NCBI GenBank assembly: GCA_963847185.1 | Contig: CAWJYV010000010.1 | Coordinates: 1 to 64,000, forward strand | Reading direction: 5' to 3' | Length of the DNA: 64,000 nucleotides | Source: an uncultured Methanosarcinaceae archaeon | GTDB taxonomy: Archaea; Halobacteriota; Methanosarcinia; Methanosarcinales; Methanosarcinaceae | In this document: positions 22,117 through 33,322 of the stretch, piece after piece | How the letters are laid out: every line of letters starts with the position of its first letter | How positions within the stretch are numbered: the first letter of the stretch is position 1 | The notes under the pieces: generated by a model | Database searches by the model: none | What the model saw: only the letters and a program-made list of their open reading frames with translations | What the model was told of the DNA's origin: nothing | Translations under genes and position numbers: made by a program

Positions 22117-22158
22117 CCTATGATTGATGAAAAATTGCGTGATCCGCAATTTCGAAGG
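22117..22158 (+). promoter_or_regulatory. Putative kink-turn-containing 5' UTR of rpl7ae (autoregulatory site)
   Basis: TGATGA (box C-like), AAATTGCG/CGCAATTT stem and CGA, abutting the GAAGGAG RBS. Confidence 0.55.
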
Positions 22159-22168
22159 AGAATTTTAA

Positions 22169-22531
<363 letters not shown>

Positions 22532-22540
22532 TCCTGATAA

Positions 22541-22777
<237 letters not shown>

Positions 22778-22792
22778 AATGCGGTGAGATAA

Positions 22793-22981
<189 letters not shown>

Positions 22982-22998
22982 TCTCCTAAGGTGTGCAT

Positions 22999-23448
22999 AT
23001 GGAACAGACATACGTTATGGTAAAGCCTGACGGAGTCCAGCGCGGACTGGTCGGAGAGATCATTTCCAGGATCGAAAAAAGGGGTCTGAAAATCGTCGCT
23101 CTCAGGATGAACGTAATCAGTGAAGCCACTGCAAAAGAACACTATGGTGAGCATGCAGCCAGGCCTTTCTTCCCCTCCCTTATCGAATTCATTACTTCCG
23201 GCCCTTCAGTTTCAATGGTAGTTGCCGGAAAAGATGCAGTTAAAGTTATGAGAGCTGCAAACGGGGCTACAAACCCTGTAGATGCTGCTCCTGGCACAAT
23301 CCGCGGGGACTTTGCCTTAGACGTAGGCAGAAACGTGATTCATGCATCAGATTCTCCAGAAGCTGCAGCAAGGGAAATTGCAATCCATTTCAAGGACTCC
23401 GAAATCGGGAAATATTCCAGGATCGATGAGGTCTGTCTATACGAGTAA
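22999..23448 (+). CDS. ndk: Nucleoside diphosphate kinase
   Basis: [31 protein letters not shown]. Confidence 0.98.
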   Translation: MEQTYVMVKPDGVQRGLVGEIISRIEKRGLKIVALRMNVISEATAKEHYGEHAARPFFPSLIEFITSGPSVSMVVAGKDAVKVMRAANGATNPVDAAPGTIRGDFALDVGRNVIHASDSPEAAAREIAIHFKDSEIGKYSRIDEVCLYE

Positions 23449-23449
23449 A

Positions 23450-23559
23450 GCAGGTGTATCAAAGCCTGTTCGTGTTTCTGAGTATCTCTGAACACGAGAA
23501 CAGGTTTTCCGGTGCCTGCAATACTGGTCCTTCGGGGGAAAATCGGACCCTTCTGGACC
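23450..23559 (+). other. Two tandem intergenic hairpins between ndk and infB
   Basis: Long stem GCAGG..AAAGCCTGTTC-GTGTT...AACACG-AGAACAGGTTTT..CCTGC, then a GGTCC...GGACC stem. Confidence 0.55.
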
Positions 23560-23598
23560 TGCAGCAAATAAGACGCGGGAATGAGAGAGGTTTTGAAT

Positions 23599-25374
23599 AT
23601 GACCGACAAGAAAAATTTGAGAACTCCTATAGTCTGCGTGATGGGGCACGTTGACCATGGAAAAACAACTCTGCTGGACAAGATCAGGGGTACTGCGATT
23701 GTTAGCGGAGAAGCCGGAGCAATTACCCAGCACATAGGAGCAACTGAAGTTCCGATAGATGTGATTGTCAAGAAGCTTGGAGATCCAAGGCTGAGAGACC
23801 GTTTTATAGTTCCAGGGCTGCTTTTTATCGATACTCCCGGACACCATGCCTTTACAACCCTCCGGAGCAGGGGAGGTGCCCTTGCCGACCTTGCAATTGT
23901 TGTAGTAGACATAAATGAAGGCTTCAAACCCCAAACCTATGAAAGCCTGCAAATCTTAAAGCGATTCAAGACTCCTTTTGTTGTCGTTGCTAACAAAATC
24001 GACAGGATAGGAGGCTGGGTCTCACAAAAAGATCTGCCTTTTGCGGCTACATTTAAAAAGCAATCAGAAAACGTTCAGGCTCGGGTTGAGACAAAGCTTT
24101 ACGAGGTAATAGGCGAACTTTACAACCAGGGCTTTGCAGCAGAACGTTATGATAGGGTTACAAACTTCCAGAAAACTCTGGGCGTAGTACCTGTAAGTGC
24201 TGTGACAGGAGAAGGCGTTGCTGATGTCCTTATGGTGCTTCTCGGCCTGGCCCAGAAATTCCTTGAAGCAAACCTGCAGTACAGTGCCACAGGTCCAGGC
24301 GTCGGGACTGTACTTGAGGTCAAGGAAGAAAAAGGTCTGGGTGCAACTCTTGACGTTATCCTTTATGATGGTATGCTGAAAAAGGGAGATACAGTTGTTA
24401 TCGGAAGTCTGGGAGAGCCAATCCAGACCAAGATACGGGCTCTTTTAAAGCCAAGGGAACTTTCCGAGATTCGCTATGAGAGCAAATTCCAGCAGGTGAA
24501 TAAAGTCACTGCTGCAGCAGGTGTAAAAATATCGGCTCCGGGGCTCGAAGGTGCTCTTGCAGGCTCTCCCATAAGAGTTGCTACGGAAGAGAACATTGAT
24601 GAGATTGCAGCGCAGGTAAAGTCCGAGATTGATGAGGTAAGGATTGATACGGGATCAGTAGGGATCATGATTAAAGCAGATACCCTTGGCTCCCTTGAAG
24701 CCCTTGTGCATGAATTCAAGAAAGATGAAGTCCCTATCAGAAAAGCTGAAGTAGGAGACATCTCCCACAGGGACGCAATTGAGGCTTCGACAGTTGAAGA
24801 CCCTCTCTATTCGGTGCTCATCGGTTTCAATGTCAAAGTTCACCCTGACGCCAAAGATTTCCTGCAAACTAGCAGCGTAAAGGTATTCACAAGTGACGTG
24901 ATCTATCGCCTGATTGAGGATTACCAGAAATATGTAAAAGAACAACAGGAGCGGGCTGAAAAGAAAATTTTCGAAACCATTATCCGCCCTGGCAAGTTCA
25001 AAATACTTCCGGGATGTGTATTCCGGCAAAGCAAACCTGCTGTCGTAGGGGTAAGGGTGCTTGGTGGAGTCGTGCGGACAAATGCAGATGTCATGCTTGA
25101 AAACGGAAGTGTCATAGGCAAGATCAAGGGCCTGCAGTCAGAAGGAGAAAATATTCCTTCTGCAGGAGTAGGCAAGGAAGTAGCCATGGCAATTGATGGC
25201 GCTACAGTCGGCAGGCAGATCAAAGAAGAAGATGTGCTCTACATCAATGTGCCTGAGAGACATGCCAAAGTTCTTGAGCACGAGATCTACGATTCTCTTT
25301 CAACTGATGAAAAGGAAACTCTGGATATTTTTCTTACACTCAAACGGAAAGATAATCCTTTCTGGGCAAAGTGA
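23599..25374 (+). CDS. infB: Translation initiation factor aIF5B (IF-2)
   Basis: LRTPIVCVMGHVDHGKTT, DTPGH, NKID, KADTLGSLEAL. Confidence 0.97.
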   Translation: MTDKKNLRTPIVCVMGHVDHGKTTLLDKIRGTAIVSGEAGAITQHIGATEVPIDVIVKKLGDPRLRDRFIVPGLLFIDTPGHHAFTTLRSRGGALADLAIVVVDINEGFKPQTYESLQILKRFKTPFVVVANKIDRIGGWVSQKDLPFAATFKKQSENVQARVETKLYEVIGELYNQGFAAERYDRVTNFQKTLGVVPVSAVTGEGVADVLMVLLGLAQKFLEANLQYSATGPGVGTVLEVKEEKGLGATLDVILYDGMLKKGDTVVIGSLGEPIQTKIRALLKPRELSEIRYESKFQQVNKVTAAAGVKISAPGLEGALAGSPIRVATEENIDEIAAQVKSEIDEVRIDTGSVGIMIKADTLGSLEALVHEFKKDEVPIRKAEVGDISHRDAIEASTVEDPLYSVLIGFNVKVHPDAKDFLQTSSVKVFTSDVIYRLIEDYQKYVKEQQERAEKKIFETIIRPGKFKILPGCVFRQSKPAVVGVRVLGGVVRTNADVMLENGSVIGKIKGLQSEGENIPSAGVGKEVAMAIDGATVGRQIKEEDVLYINVPERHAKVLEHEIYDSLSTDEKETLDIFLTLKRKDNPFWAK

Positions 25375-25461
25375 CGTCTGATGTCCAGAGCAGCATATTT
25401 AGGTTCATTAAAGATTCAGGTGGAATTCGGTAAGAATTTCAGATGAAGAAGGCAAAGTTAG

Positions 25462-25911
<450 letters not shown>

Positions 25912-25921
25912 TTATCAAGTT

Positions 25922-25980
25922 CCGCCTACGGGCGGGCTTTAAATACTCTTGTTTTGTTCTCTTTTGTTTTTCTTTTGCTT
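25922..25980 (+). terminator. Terminator of the ribosomal protein operon
   Basis: CCGCC-TACG-GGCGG hairpin followed by repeated T-tracts. Confidence 0.55.
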
Positions 25981-26241
25981 TCCAGCTTACTTTTTGTTCA
26001 TACTGCTTTTCTGTATATTACCTGCTCTTTGTCGATTCTTAGCTCAGATTTTATGATGCTATTTTGTTCATGTTATCTGCTTTCCTGCCCTGCTATTACA
26101 TAATTAAATTTTTATAGTTTCGCCCCTGAATAATACTGTATAATAATATTTAATATATTTTTGCTTTCCTTAAAAAATACAGGCAAATACGCTGTGTGTT
26201 CTGAATCTTCAGGGAAAGGAAGGGATGGGGGCCAAAAAATA

Positions 26242-26883
26242 ATGAAGCTGAATAAAAGTACCGTAGTCTTACTGCTGATCTTATCGTTAACCTTCTTGAT
26301 TGGATATTCGGTCACTGGAAATGGAGATACACAGGAAAAAATTGAAGGATATGTGGTTGCTGTAGAAACGGACACCTCTACAGGATATTCCAGTATTAAG
26401 GTTCTGGATATGGCCGGGACAGAACATAATATCACTGTGTCTTCTGTGGATCTTGAAGAAAAGGGCATCAGGCTGGGTGATAATGTAAAGGTCAGTATCA
26501 CCAGAGACGCTAATGGGAGTATTAAGAATGAGCAGACTGAAATAAATGAGGCTTCCGTTGGAACTTCCGGAGAGGTAATTCAGGGTGAGGTTACGAATGT
26601 AAATAATTCAGATCCAGCTGGTTCTTCCGAGCTTACAATAAAAGATAATGACGGAAAAGAGCATGTTGTTAACGTACCTCTCTACCAGGGAGAAAATCTC
26701 AAGCCTGGAGATAAAGTAAGTATTAAAGTTGTCGGAAAGGCTGAAGGAGCCATTGGATCAGTTTCAAGTGTGGAGAGCCCGGAAGAAAACACAGGTAAAG
26801 AGTCCCATTCATTGCCCGGTATAAGCGGAATGTTTGCTGCATTTGCAGTTATGGTCTCAGTAGTTTACAAAAGGCGAGCTTAA
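26242..26883 (+). CDS. Secreted/surface protein with two OB-fold-like repeats and a C-terminal anchor
   Basis: Signal peptide; two units (IEG.V..V...S..I.D..G.EH..V...L..GD.V.V.I); C-terminal LPGIS + TM + KRRA resembling a PGF-CTERM variant. Confidence 0.7.
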   Translation: MKLNKSTVVLLLILSLTFLIGYSVTGNGDTQEKIEGYVVAVETDTSTGYSSIKVLDMAGTEHNITVSSVDLEEKGIRLGDNVKVSITRDANGSIKNEQTEINEASVGTSGEVIQGEVTNVNNSDPAGSSELTIKDNDGKEHVVNVPLYQGENLKPGDKVSIKVVGKAEGAIGSVSSVESPEENTGKESHSLPGISGMFAAFAVMVSVVYKRRA

Positions 26884-26961
26884 AATAACGTCTATTCGCA
26901 TATAGAAGGCATGTTTGAAATGAAGGAAAATCCGTAAAATGAGCTGGAGAAATTATTGCAA

Positions 26962-27219
26962 TTATTTGTTTTTTTGAGTAGGGTTTCGATAAGTTCGGAT
27001 AAATTCGTATATGGATACAAGAATTAACACTAAAATTGCAATATTAATTAGCAAACCGAAATAAGGAAAATTGAAGCCAGTAGATACATTTTTTCCACTT
27101 AACTCAGAGAATGAAATGAACGCAATAAAAAGTAGGATTAAAGCTATTGAGATATAAATTACAGCTTTTGCTGTTTTTTCAATATCATTAATTAAGTTAT
27201 GTACCATACAGCACCTCAT
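26962..27219 (-). CDS. Small two-TM hypothetical protein
   Basis: Two hydrophobic helices; the ATG at ~27207 follows a GAGGTG RBS. Confidence 0.5.
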   Translation of the reverse strand: MRCCMVHNLINDIEKTAKAVIYISIALILLFIAFISFSELSGKNVSTGFNFPYFGLLINIAILVLILVSIYEFIRTYRNPTQKNK

Positions 27220-27313
27220 CTTTACATTACTTAATCATTATTGAGCTTTTTCGATTAATTGAAAAGTAACATCAATCGAAAGTATTTTCATATTTTTTAG
27301 AACATGGGTAATA

Positions 27314-27505
27314 TTAGATTTTATACGCATATTTTAGCTCAGTAGATATTATTCCTATAAGTGTCCCGAAGACAATTCCTGTCCAGAAAGTTACTTCAGA
27401 AAAACCCATTTCCGAATTTATTTCCCAAAAAACTATCTTCCATGATACAACTAAAGTTGCAATACAAATAAGAACTAACATTAATTTCCAGACAACCTTG
27501 TTCAC
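27314..27505 (-). CDS. Small two-TM hypothetical protein
   Basis: 63 aa with two hydrophobic segments. Confidence 0.45.
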   Translation of the reverse strand: MNKVVWKLMLVLICIATLVVSWKIVFWEINSEMGFSEVTFWTGIVFGTLIGIISTELKYAYKI

Positions 27506-27865
27506 AAAATTTCATCCTAATAAGTTCAGATCGGATATATACATAATGATACAGCAAGTCAATTTTTTACTAGTTCCAGAACATACTTAAACTTCTTAGA
27601 CTAATTTTAGCTAATTACTTATAAGTTTTCTGACCATATCCTCGAACAATCACAATAGGGGAGAGAATATTTGCAGATCTGAAATGGATTAGCAAAAGAA
27701 GATTAGATACTCTCGAAAAAGTTGTATATAAATGAATTAAATACAACTATAATATTGCAGACACGTAGATTGGAAGAAAAAGGCTTTAAATGAAAAATAT
27801 ATTGTAATCGAGTAGAGTAAACTTTTTCAGAGATGTTTGAGAATCAACATTCAGCTAGAAAATTT

Positions 27866-28592
27866 TCACTCATATTCTTCGATCAAAGTCTCATATGAAG
27901 GATTTATTCTGTAAATAATATTTCTTCCTCTTTTAGCTTCTTTTATAAGGCCGATTTCTTTAAGATTCCCGACATACCAGCTAATCGTGCTTCTGGAAAC
28001 TCCAATTTCTTGGGCAAGAGCTATATTGGTATTACAATTGCCATTTAATATTTCTGAAATAATTCTTTGATTAGTATTATTCTGTAGTGCAGAAATTACT
28101 TTTTTATCTTCCTCATTATAGGTAGAATTGTTCTGGAAATATCTCATTTTTCGGCCGTCTTTATAAACTTCGACTTTATTCAGAGCTTCCAGAGTTTTTA
28201 CGTGATGCCTTACTGTTCCCCTGTCCAGACCCATTTTTTCCACGATCTCACTAAAATATGTTCCAGGGCTGGCTTTTATAAATTCATATATGCTTGACCT
28301 TTTAGGATTATCGAGTACATTTACGCGTCCCGTAATCCTGAATCCCAGTATTGCAAAAATAAGCTTTGCAGGGTACAGCAGTAAGTCCACAGCTGATAAA
28401 ATATTCATCACGGCCAGCCAGAGTAAAAACTGCCAGTAGGGTATTTCGATGACCTCAAGTTCTATTACCTTTTCTCCTGAAAGCGAAACTCCGGATTGAT
28501 CGCTTGGAAAAGGACTTACAGTATATTCCGTAGCCCCGGCTCTTGTTATTAATACAAAAAATAGTAAACAGACAATAAGCTTTTTTTTAAGC
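27866..28592 (-). CDS. Membrane-anchored double winged-HTH transcriptional regulator (start uncertain)
   Basis: Signal-like KKKLIVCLLFF segment, TM, then LDNPKRSSIYEFI..SPG.YF..I...LDRGTVRHH and a second HTH LAQEIGVSRSTISWY. No ATG/GTG/TTG at the expected N-terminus. Confidence 0.8.
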
Positions 28593-29126
28593 TTAGTGCT
28601 GGTAAATATTAAATGTGTAACCTTCGGTTCCACTGACCGATTCCCCGTAAACCTTAAACTTCCAAGTTCCTCGATCCACACATCCATAAGAGGGATTTAT
28701 TCTGAAATGTATCCTTCCATTTACAATTCTGTCAGACTTGTCACGATAAGTTCCGAGTTTTCTTCCCGAAGGAGTGTAAATACTAAGAGCCAGAGAATCA
28801 CTTTTATCTCCCCAATTCAAATCCACCTCAAGATATTCTACTCCCGAACCTACCTTTACATTGTTAGTTATGGTCTGACCCTGTCTTATGTACTGGGTTA
28901 ACCGTATAGGAGAAAAGGAACCCCCTTTATCACGATGGTTTTCAGTCCATGGACTGATTATGTAATCTTTTTCGGCAGAAACAAAAGTGTTCTCCTCGCC
29001 TGAGCTTACCGTATATTCCTCTTCAGCTGAAACTGCAGGAATTAGAATCATTCCTCCAATAATGCATAAAATCAACATTTCCCAGGTTCTAATAGTATCA
29101 CCGAAATAGGTAAGAAGCTCGAGCAT
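28593..29126 (-). CDS. Secreted PPC-like (pre-peptidase C-terminal) domain protein
   Basis: Signal peptide; LEVDLNWGD.SDSLALSIYTPSG; GTWKFKVYGESVSG. Confidence 0.72.
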   Translation of the reverse strand: MLELLTYFGDTIRTWEMLILCIIGGMILIPAVSAEEEYTVSSGEENTFVSAEKDYIISPWTENHRDKGGSFSPIRLTQYIRQGQTITNNVKVGSGVEYLEVDLNWGDKSDSLALSIYTPSGRKLGTYRDKSDRIVNGRIHFRINPSYGCVDRGTWKFKVYGESVSGTEGYTFNIYQH

Positions 29127-29453
29127 ATATAGTTTTTGTGTAAATAGAGAACAACCAACGCCACCTCATATGATAAATTATTTCAATGAATATGAACTCT
29201 TGTCTGAAGAAAGGCGTTTAGATACCTTTTTGGGAAAATTTTCTTTAAAAAAAGAGAAATTAAGAAAAGATATTTTATCTTCCGGATCAAAATAAAATCG
29301 TAAATTGTATAAATGAGTTATGAAAAGCTCAGAGCAATTTCTTTCTCGCTTCTGCGCCTGACTTGCATTCATAAACTCAGAAACCTTCATAATTTCAAGG
29401 ACTTTTGCAGAGAACCTATCTCCCATGCTTTAGATCATTTTTTACTAATATTC

Positions 29454-29501
29454 ACTTAAATATGGAATTTACTTAAATATGGAATTTACTTAAATATGGA
29501 A
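29454..29501. repeat. 17-bp tandem repeat, about 2.8 copies
   Basis: ACTTAAATATGGAATTT twice plus ACTTAAATATGGAA. Confidence 0.9.
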
Positions 29502-29603
29502 ACTAAAGAGTGAACTGTGGTCTCAATTAATTGAGGTATACGAGGTATATCCTTATATTTAACATAATATTCCTTATTAGGTTACTCTATATAAATAAAG
29601 GGC

Positions 29604-30284
29604 TTACTGAAATGTAAACAGCAGTGAATAAACCTGGAAAATAATTCCCAGACCTGCTGGAATCCCGACAGTAAGGGCAGCATTTTTTAATGACATGTTC
29701 CGCGCATTTAAGAGTGCAAATATCCAGATATAAGTGGATAACAAAAGGCACAAAATTGTGATTATTTGAGATGTATAAAACAGAGGATTATTTGAGAACA
29801 TCTGCTCCATACTCTGTGTTATAAGTTGCGAGTTTTGTGATGAAAAATCTACCGAAGATAACAATTTGTACGTTACAACAAAATTTATGAAACTGCCCAC
29901 TATTTTTGGTACATATCCATAACCTACAAACTCTAAAGTTCTCTTAAAGGAACCATTTGAATGAAACACATATGATATTGAGTATAAGATTCCAGCCAAT
30001 ATAACCCAAGATAAAAATGCTCCAATAAAGCCTCCAACAACAGTAGCTAAAATTACTGTAGTGGACATGAATGAATTTATATCAGAAGGAAAAAGATCTT
30101 TCAATTTATTCATAAGCAGAAGACTTGAACTTATTGAAAATACAGCGTTCACAAATATAATTAATATAGGATACTTAAAATCGACATTATTTTTTAATTT
30201 TCCCCTGAAAAATGAATTTGGATCAAATAATAGATTATTTAGATTTAAATTATTTTTATTATTCAGAATATTCATATCATCCAT
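29604..30284 (-). CDS. Yip1-domain membrane protein
   Basis: LLFDPNSFF, GSFKRTLEFVGYGYVP, five TM helices. Confidence 0.8.
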   Translation of the reverse strand: MDDMNILNNKNNLNLNNLLFDPNSFFRGKLKNNVDFKYPILIIFVNAVFSISSSLLLMNKLKDLFPSDINSFMSTTVILATVVGGFIGAFLSWVILAGILYSISYVFHSNGSFKRTLEFVGYGYVPKIVGSFINFVVTYKLLSSVDFSSQNSQLITQSMEQMFSNNPLFYTSQIITILCLLLSTYIWIFALLNARNMSLKNAALTVGIPAGLGIIFQVYSLLFTFQ

Positions 30285-30919
30285 ATTTCTTCACCATTTT
30301 ATTAATTGCTTCAATATATTTGCATAAAGTTTTCTGCTTATTATCATGAAATTCATATTTCTAGATTATGCTTTAAATCATTATTCATAAACCTATTATT
30401 AAAAGTTCAAATCCGCTGATTTCCTTCAAATGCATTCTGTACGGACGAATCTGCTTGGACAAGGTATACATCTATCAGGCCAACTCTAATAAAAGGTATC
30501 ACTACTCTGGCGCTAAAGGCAAACAATAGAGCCTTAACAGTCCCATTAATAAATCTTGTTGAGTAGCAAAACGAGCATTGGAGCGTGCAAGGAACTGTTA
30601 CAAACGAAAACAAAACCTCAAGGGAAAAAACTCACCCAAAGTACCCGTATATTTCCTGGCAGAATTCTGAAAATAGTTATCTTGAGCTACAGGTAATTTT
30701 AAAATTCCCAGAAGATGGGCGTTTCCATTATATGTAGTTGTAATAATATAATGATGAAGATATATAAATATAATGGGAAAGCAGGAGCGACACAATGCCA
30801 AAATCTAGTGATGAGATTAAAATTAAAAATCACTAGATTTCGAAAATGGTCACAATTCTTTGAATGTTATCTATCAATTGATGCCGATAAATCTCGAATA
30901 TTGAGTTTGATTGAATACT

Positions 30920-31030
30920 GAATTCACAACTCATCTTGGTCATTATGGTCTTATTGCTGGCGTATTTGATAAACTTGGAATTTCGGATTTGATTAACATT
31001 ATGTGTGAAAAAATAGTGCAGAAAGTAGGT
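30920..31030 (+). pseudogene. Internally deleted IS1634-family transposase remnant
   Basis: LGHYGLIAGVFDKLGISDLIN N-terminal motif joined to a terminal-like GTGCAGAAAGTAGG. Confidence 0.55.
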
Positions 31031-31233
31031 TTTACAGTAAAAACATTCACATTTTTACTTTTGACCTGAAATCAATTTTTCCCAAGCCTTAATTCTCTCC
31101 AAAACGTGGCTGTTAAGGGTGAAGAGCTTAGCACTTTTGGCTTTTTGCTTTATGTAATTACTCCCATATGTACACCCAATCACGCACACATATCTGGGAA
31201 CCACTTACAAAAGCCAGGGCATTGATTGGGAAT

Positions 31234-31476
31234 TTATAACAACTCAGAAATTTGGTCTGCGTTCTGAAGCCCGAATAGCACTGCGCCAACGCCACGTTCT
31301 GAAAGGCGTACAAATCCCTTTGAAACGCTTTTGTCCACAAGTTTAGCGAGATATAATTCATCGACTGCATTTTTATCCAGATTTGATTGTTTTTCCCATC
31401 CTTCATTGATACCAAGCATTCCCATTTCATATAGATGCTTAAGTATTTCGATTTCCATAGCTTCTAACGTACACAT
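31234..31476 (-). CDS. Small hypothetical protein (winged-helix-like)
   Basis: 80 aa, preceded by a GGGGCTG RBS-like site; LKHLYE...AVDELYLAKLV...VRLSERG pattern. Confidence 0.6.
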   Translation of the reverse strand: MCTLEAMEIEILKHLYEMGMLGINEGWEKQSNLDKNAVDELYLAKLVDKSVSKGFVRLSERGVGAVLFGLQNADQISELL

Positions 31477-31644
31477 ATCTATCAGCCCCCCATTTCAAAT
31501 GCAACAAAGATGGATTTACACAACGAACTTAATTTGTCTACTAAAATAAAGATTTCGGAATCTAGTTTCCATATCGCAGATAAGTAGCCTTCTGCAGAAA
31601 TATATCCCGGAAGGCTCCACAAAGCGATTAAAACGAGTAAAATG

Positions 31645-31760
31645 TAAGACTTACGCACTTGAGGATGAAATCAAGCACATTCGACCTTATCAAGAGAATT
31701 TCGATTTATAGAGTTAAGTGTTTTCCGTTTTTGTTTTTCAGTTCAACTGCGTAAGTCCTA
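31645..31760. mobile_element. 116-bp MITE with IS701-type ends and a 5-bp TSD
   Basis: IR TAAGACTTACGCA / TGCGTAAGTCCTA matches the ends of the element at 54032-55171. TSD AAATG. The empty homologous site is visible at 35350-35400. Confidence 0.88.
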
Positions 31761-32111
31761 AAATGAATATATTAGCCACTATGTCAGCAAGTACGGATCA
31801 GTCTTTACCTCAAATTTGGGAGGGGTACTCGCTTTTCGGAATTGATCAATAACTTCCGGACACGACCGAAATCTTAAGGCCATATCTTTATCTGTAACAG
31901 GACAAACACTGCAATCTCCGTTGTACTTTTCTCAGTGACTTCAATACCCCAAATAAGCCCAAAAAATGATCTGCTATCCTCTAAGCCAAGCGTTGTATAG
32001 AGCCTTGAGTAACTATTCCTCCCCTCTATTTTTGCCATAGGCCCATTGAAAATGCGGTGTTTGCATCTTCTACAGGCATCTTAACTTTTTTATTTTCTTG
32101 CAAGTAGGAGT

Positions 32112-33068
32112 TTACCAGCCCACTTTGATCGGAAATTTGGCTATAAGTTTCTCATAAACTTTATAAAATGTAATAAATATTTTTGGATTTAATGATGAAA
32201 CAATGAGGATCGATAAATATTTCATATTTAATGGTTTAGTCTTGAAAGCCTTTATGATATAATTTCTCCCTTCAGCAAAGCTTCCATCTAATTGAAGTGC
32301 ACAGCCAATAAGCGAATATTGTTTTGCTACAAAACTCTTATTATTGATGGCATTTTCAAAGTACTTTTCTAATAATAATTTCCGTGCGATAACTTCAGCT
32401 TTTTTATTGGAACTGATACCTTCAGTGGCCCAATACTTAACTAATGGTTTCTTAATATGATAAAAATGATATGTTTTTAATAATCTTATAAAAAGATCTA
32501 AATCTATAAATCTTGGGAGCGTTTCATCAAAAAAACCGATTCTAATGAAACATTCTTTTTTTATAAGTGTTGATTGGATTCCTATTCCGACAGCTTGATA
32601 ATCTAAAACCTTAGGATTTATGAGACCTTCATATGCTACCCTTGGTGAATGCCAATATTCTATTATTCTATCTTCCTTTATTCTTAGCATATCTGTATAG
32701 ATTACGCCGACCTCTAAAGAAGCTCTTTTAAAGGCTTCTATCTGCATTTCTAACTTTTGTGGCAACCATTCGTCATCGCTGTCTTGAAAAGCAATATATT
32801 CACCTTTAGCAAGTTTTATTCCAGTATTACGAGCTGCACCACTACCTCTATTTTGCTGATGTCTCACATATCTAATTCTTACATCAGTATAATTGTTTAC
32901 TATCTCTTCTGTATTATCACTCGAACCATCATCTACAATTATAATCTCAAAATCTTGATGTGTCTGATTCAGCACACTTTGGATTGCTCTACCAACTAAA
33001 TGGGCTCTGTTATAAGTTGGAAGAACTACACTGATTTCCGTTTTTTCATTTAACCATTTGTTACTCAT
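32112..33068 (-). CDS. Glycosyltransferase family 2
   Basis: SVVLPTYNRA, IIVDDGSSD, ARNTGI, AFQDSDD. Confidence 0.93.
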   Translation of the reverse strand: MSNKWLNEKTEISVVLPTYNRAHLVGRAIQSVLNQTHQDFEIIIVDDGSSDNTEEIVNNYTDVRIRYVRHQQNRGSGAARNTGIKLAKGEYIAFQDSDDEWLPQKLEMQIEAFKRASLEVGVIYTDMLRIKEDRIIEYWHSPRVAYEGLINPKVLDYQAVGIGIQSTLIKKECFIRIGFFDETLPRFIDLDLFIRLLKTYHFYHIKKPLVKYWATEGISSNKKAEVIARKLLLEKYFENAINNKSFVAKQYSLIGCALQLDGSFAEGRNYIIKAFKTKPLNMKYLSILIVSSLNPKIFITFYKVYEKLIAKFPIKVGW

Positions 33069-33322
33069 CCAAGCTATCAGATCTGTTTTTCTAATTTCTC
33101 AATTCACGTTGTCAAATAATATTCTTGCTTCACATGCACTCTCTAGCTCATCTCATCAAGTTTCATGCCTCCTGGATACTTAAACAGATACACAAAATGG
33201 TTGTCAAAATCTGTACACTGTTTAATGTACCGGCAGTGTTTTCTTGCCATCACCCACCACTTAGGAATATATGAATGAGATACGAGACTCTTACGTTTAC
33301 AGTTCTCAATAACTCAAGCCCA

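Noticed and set aside
30330-30830. Short ORFs suggesting a decayed membrane-protein gene; similar unassignable relics at 31800-32100, 41050-41690 and 58500-58750
   Set aside because: The fragments are too degraded to assign a family with confidence.
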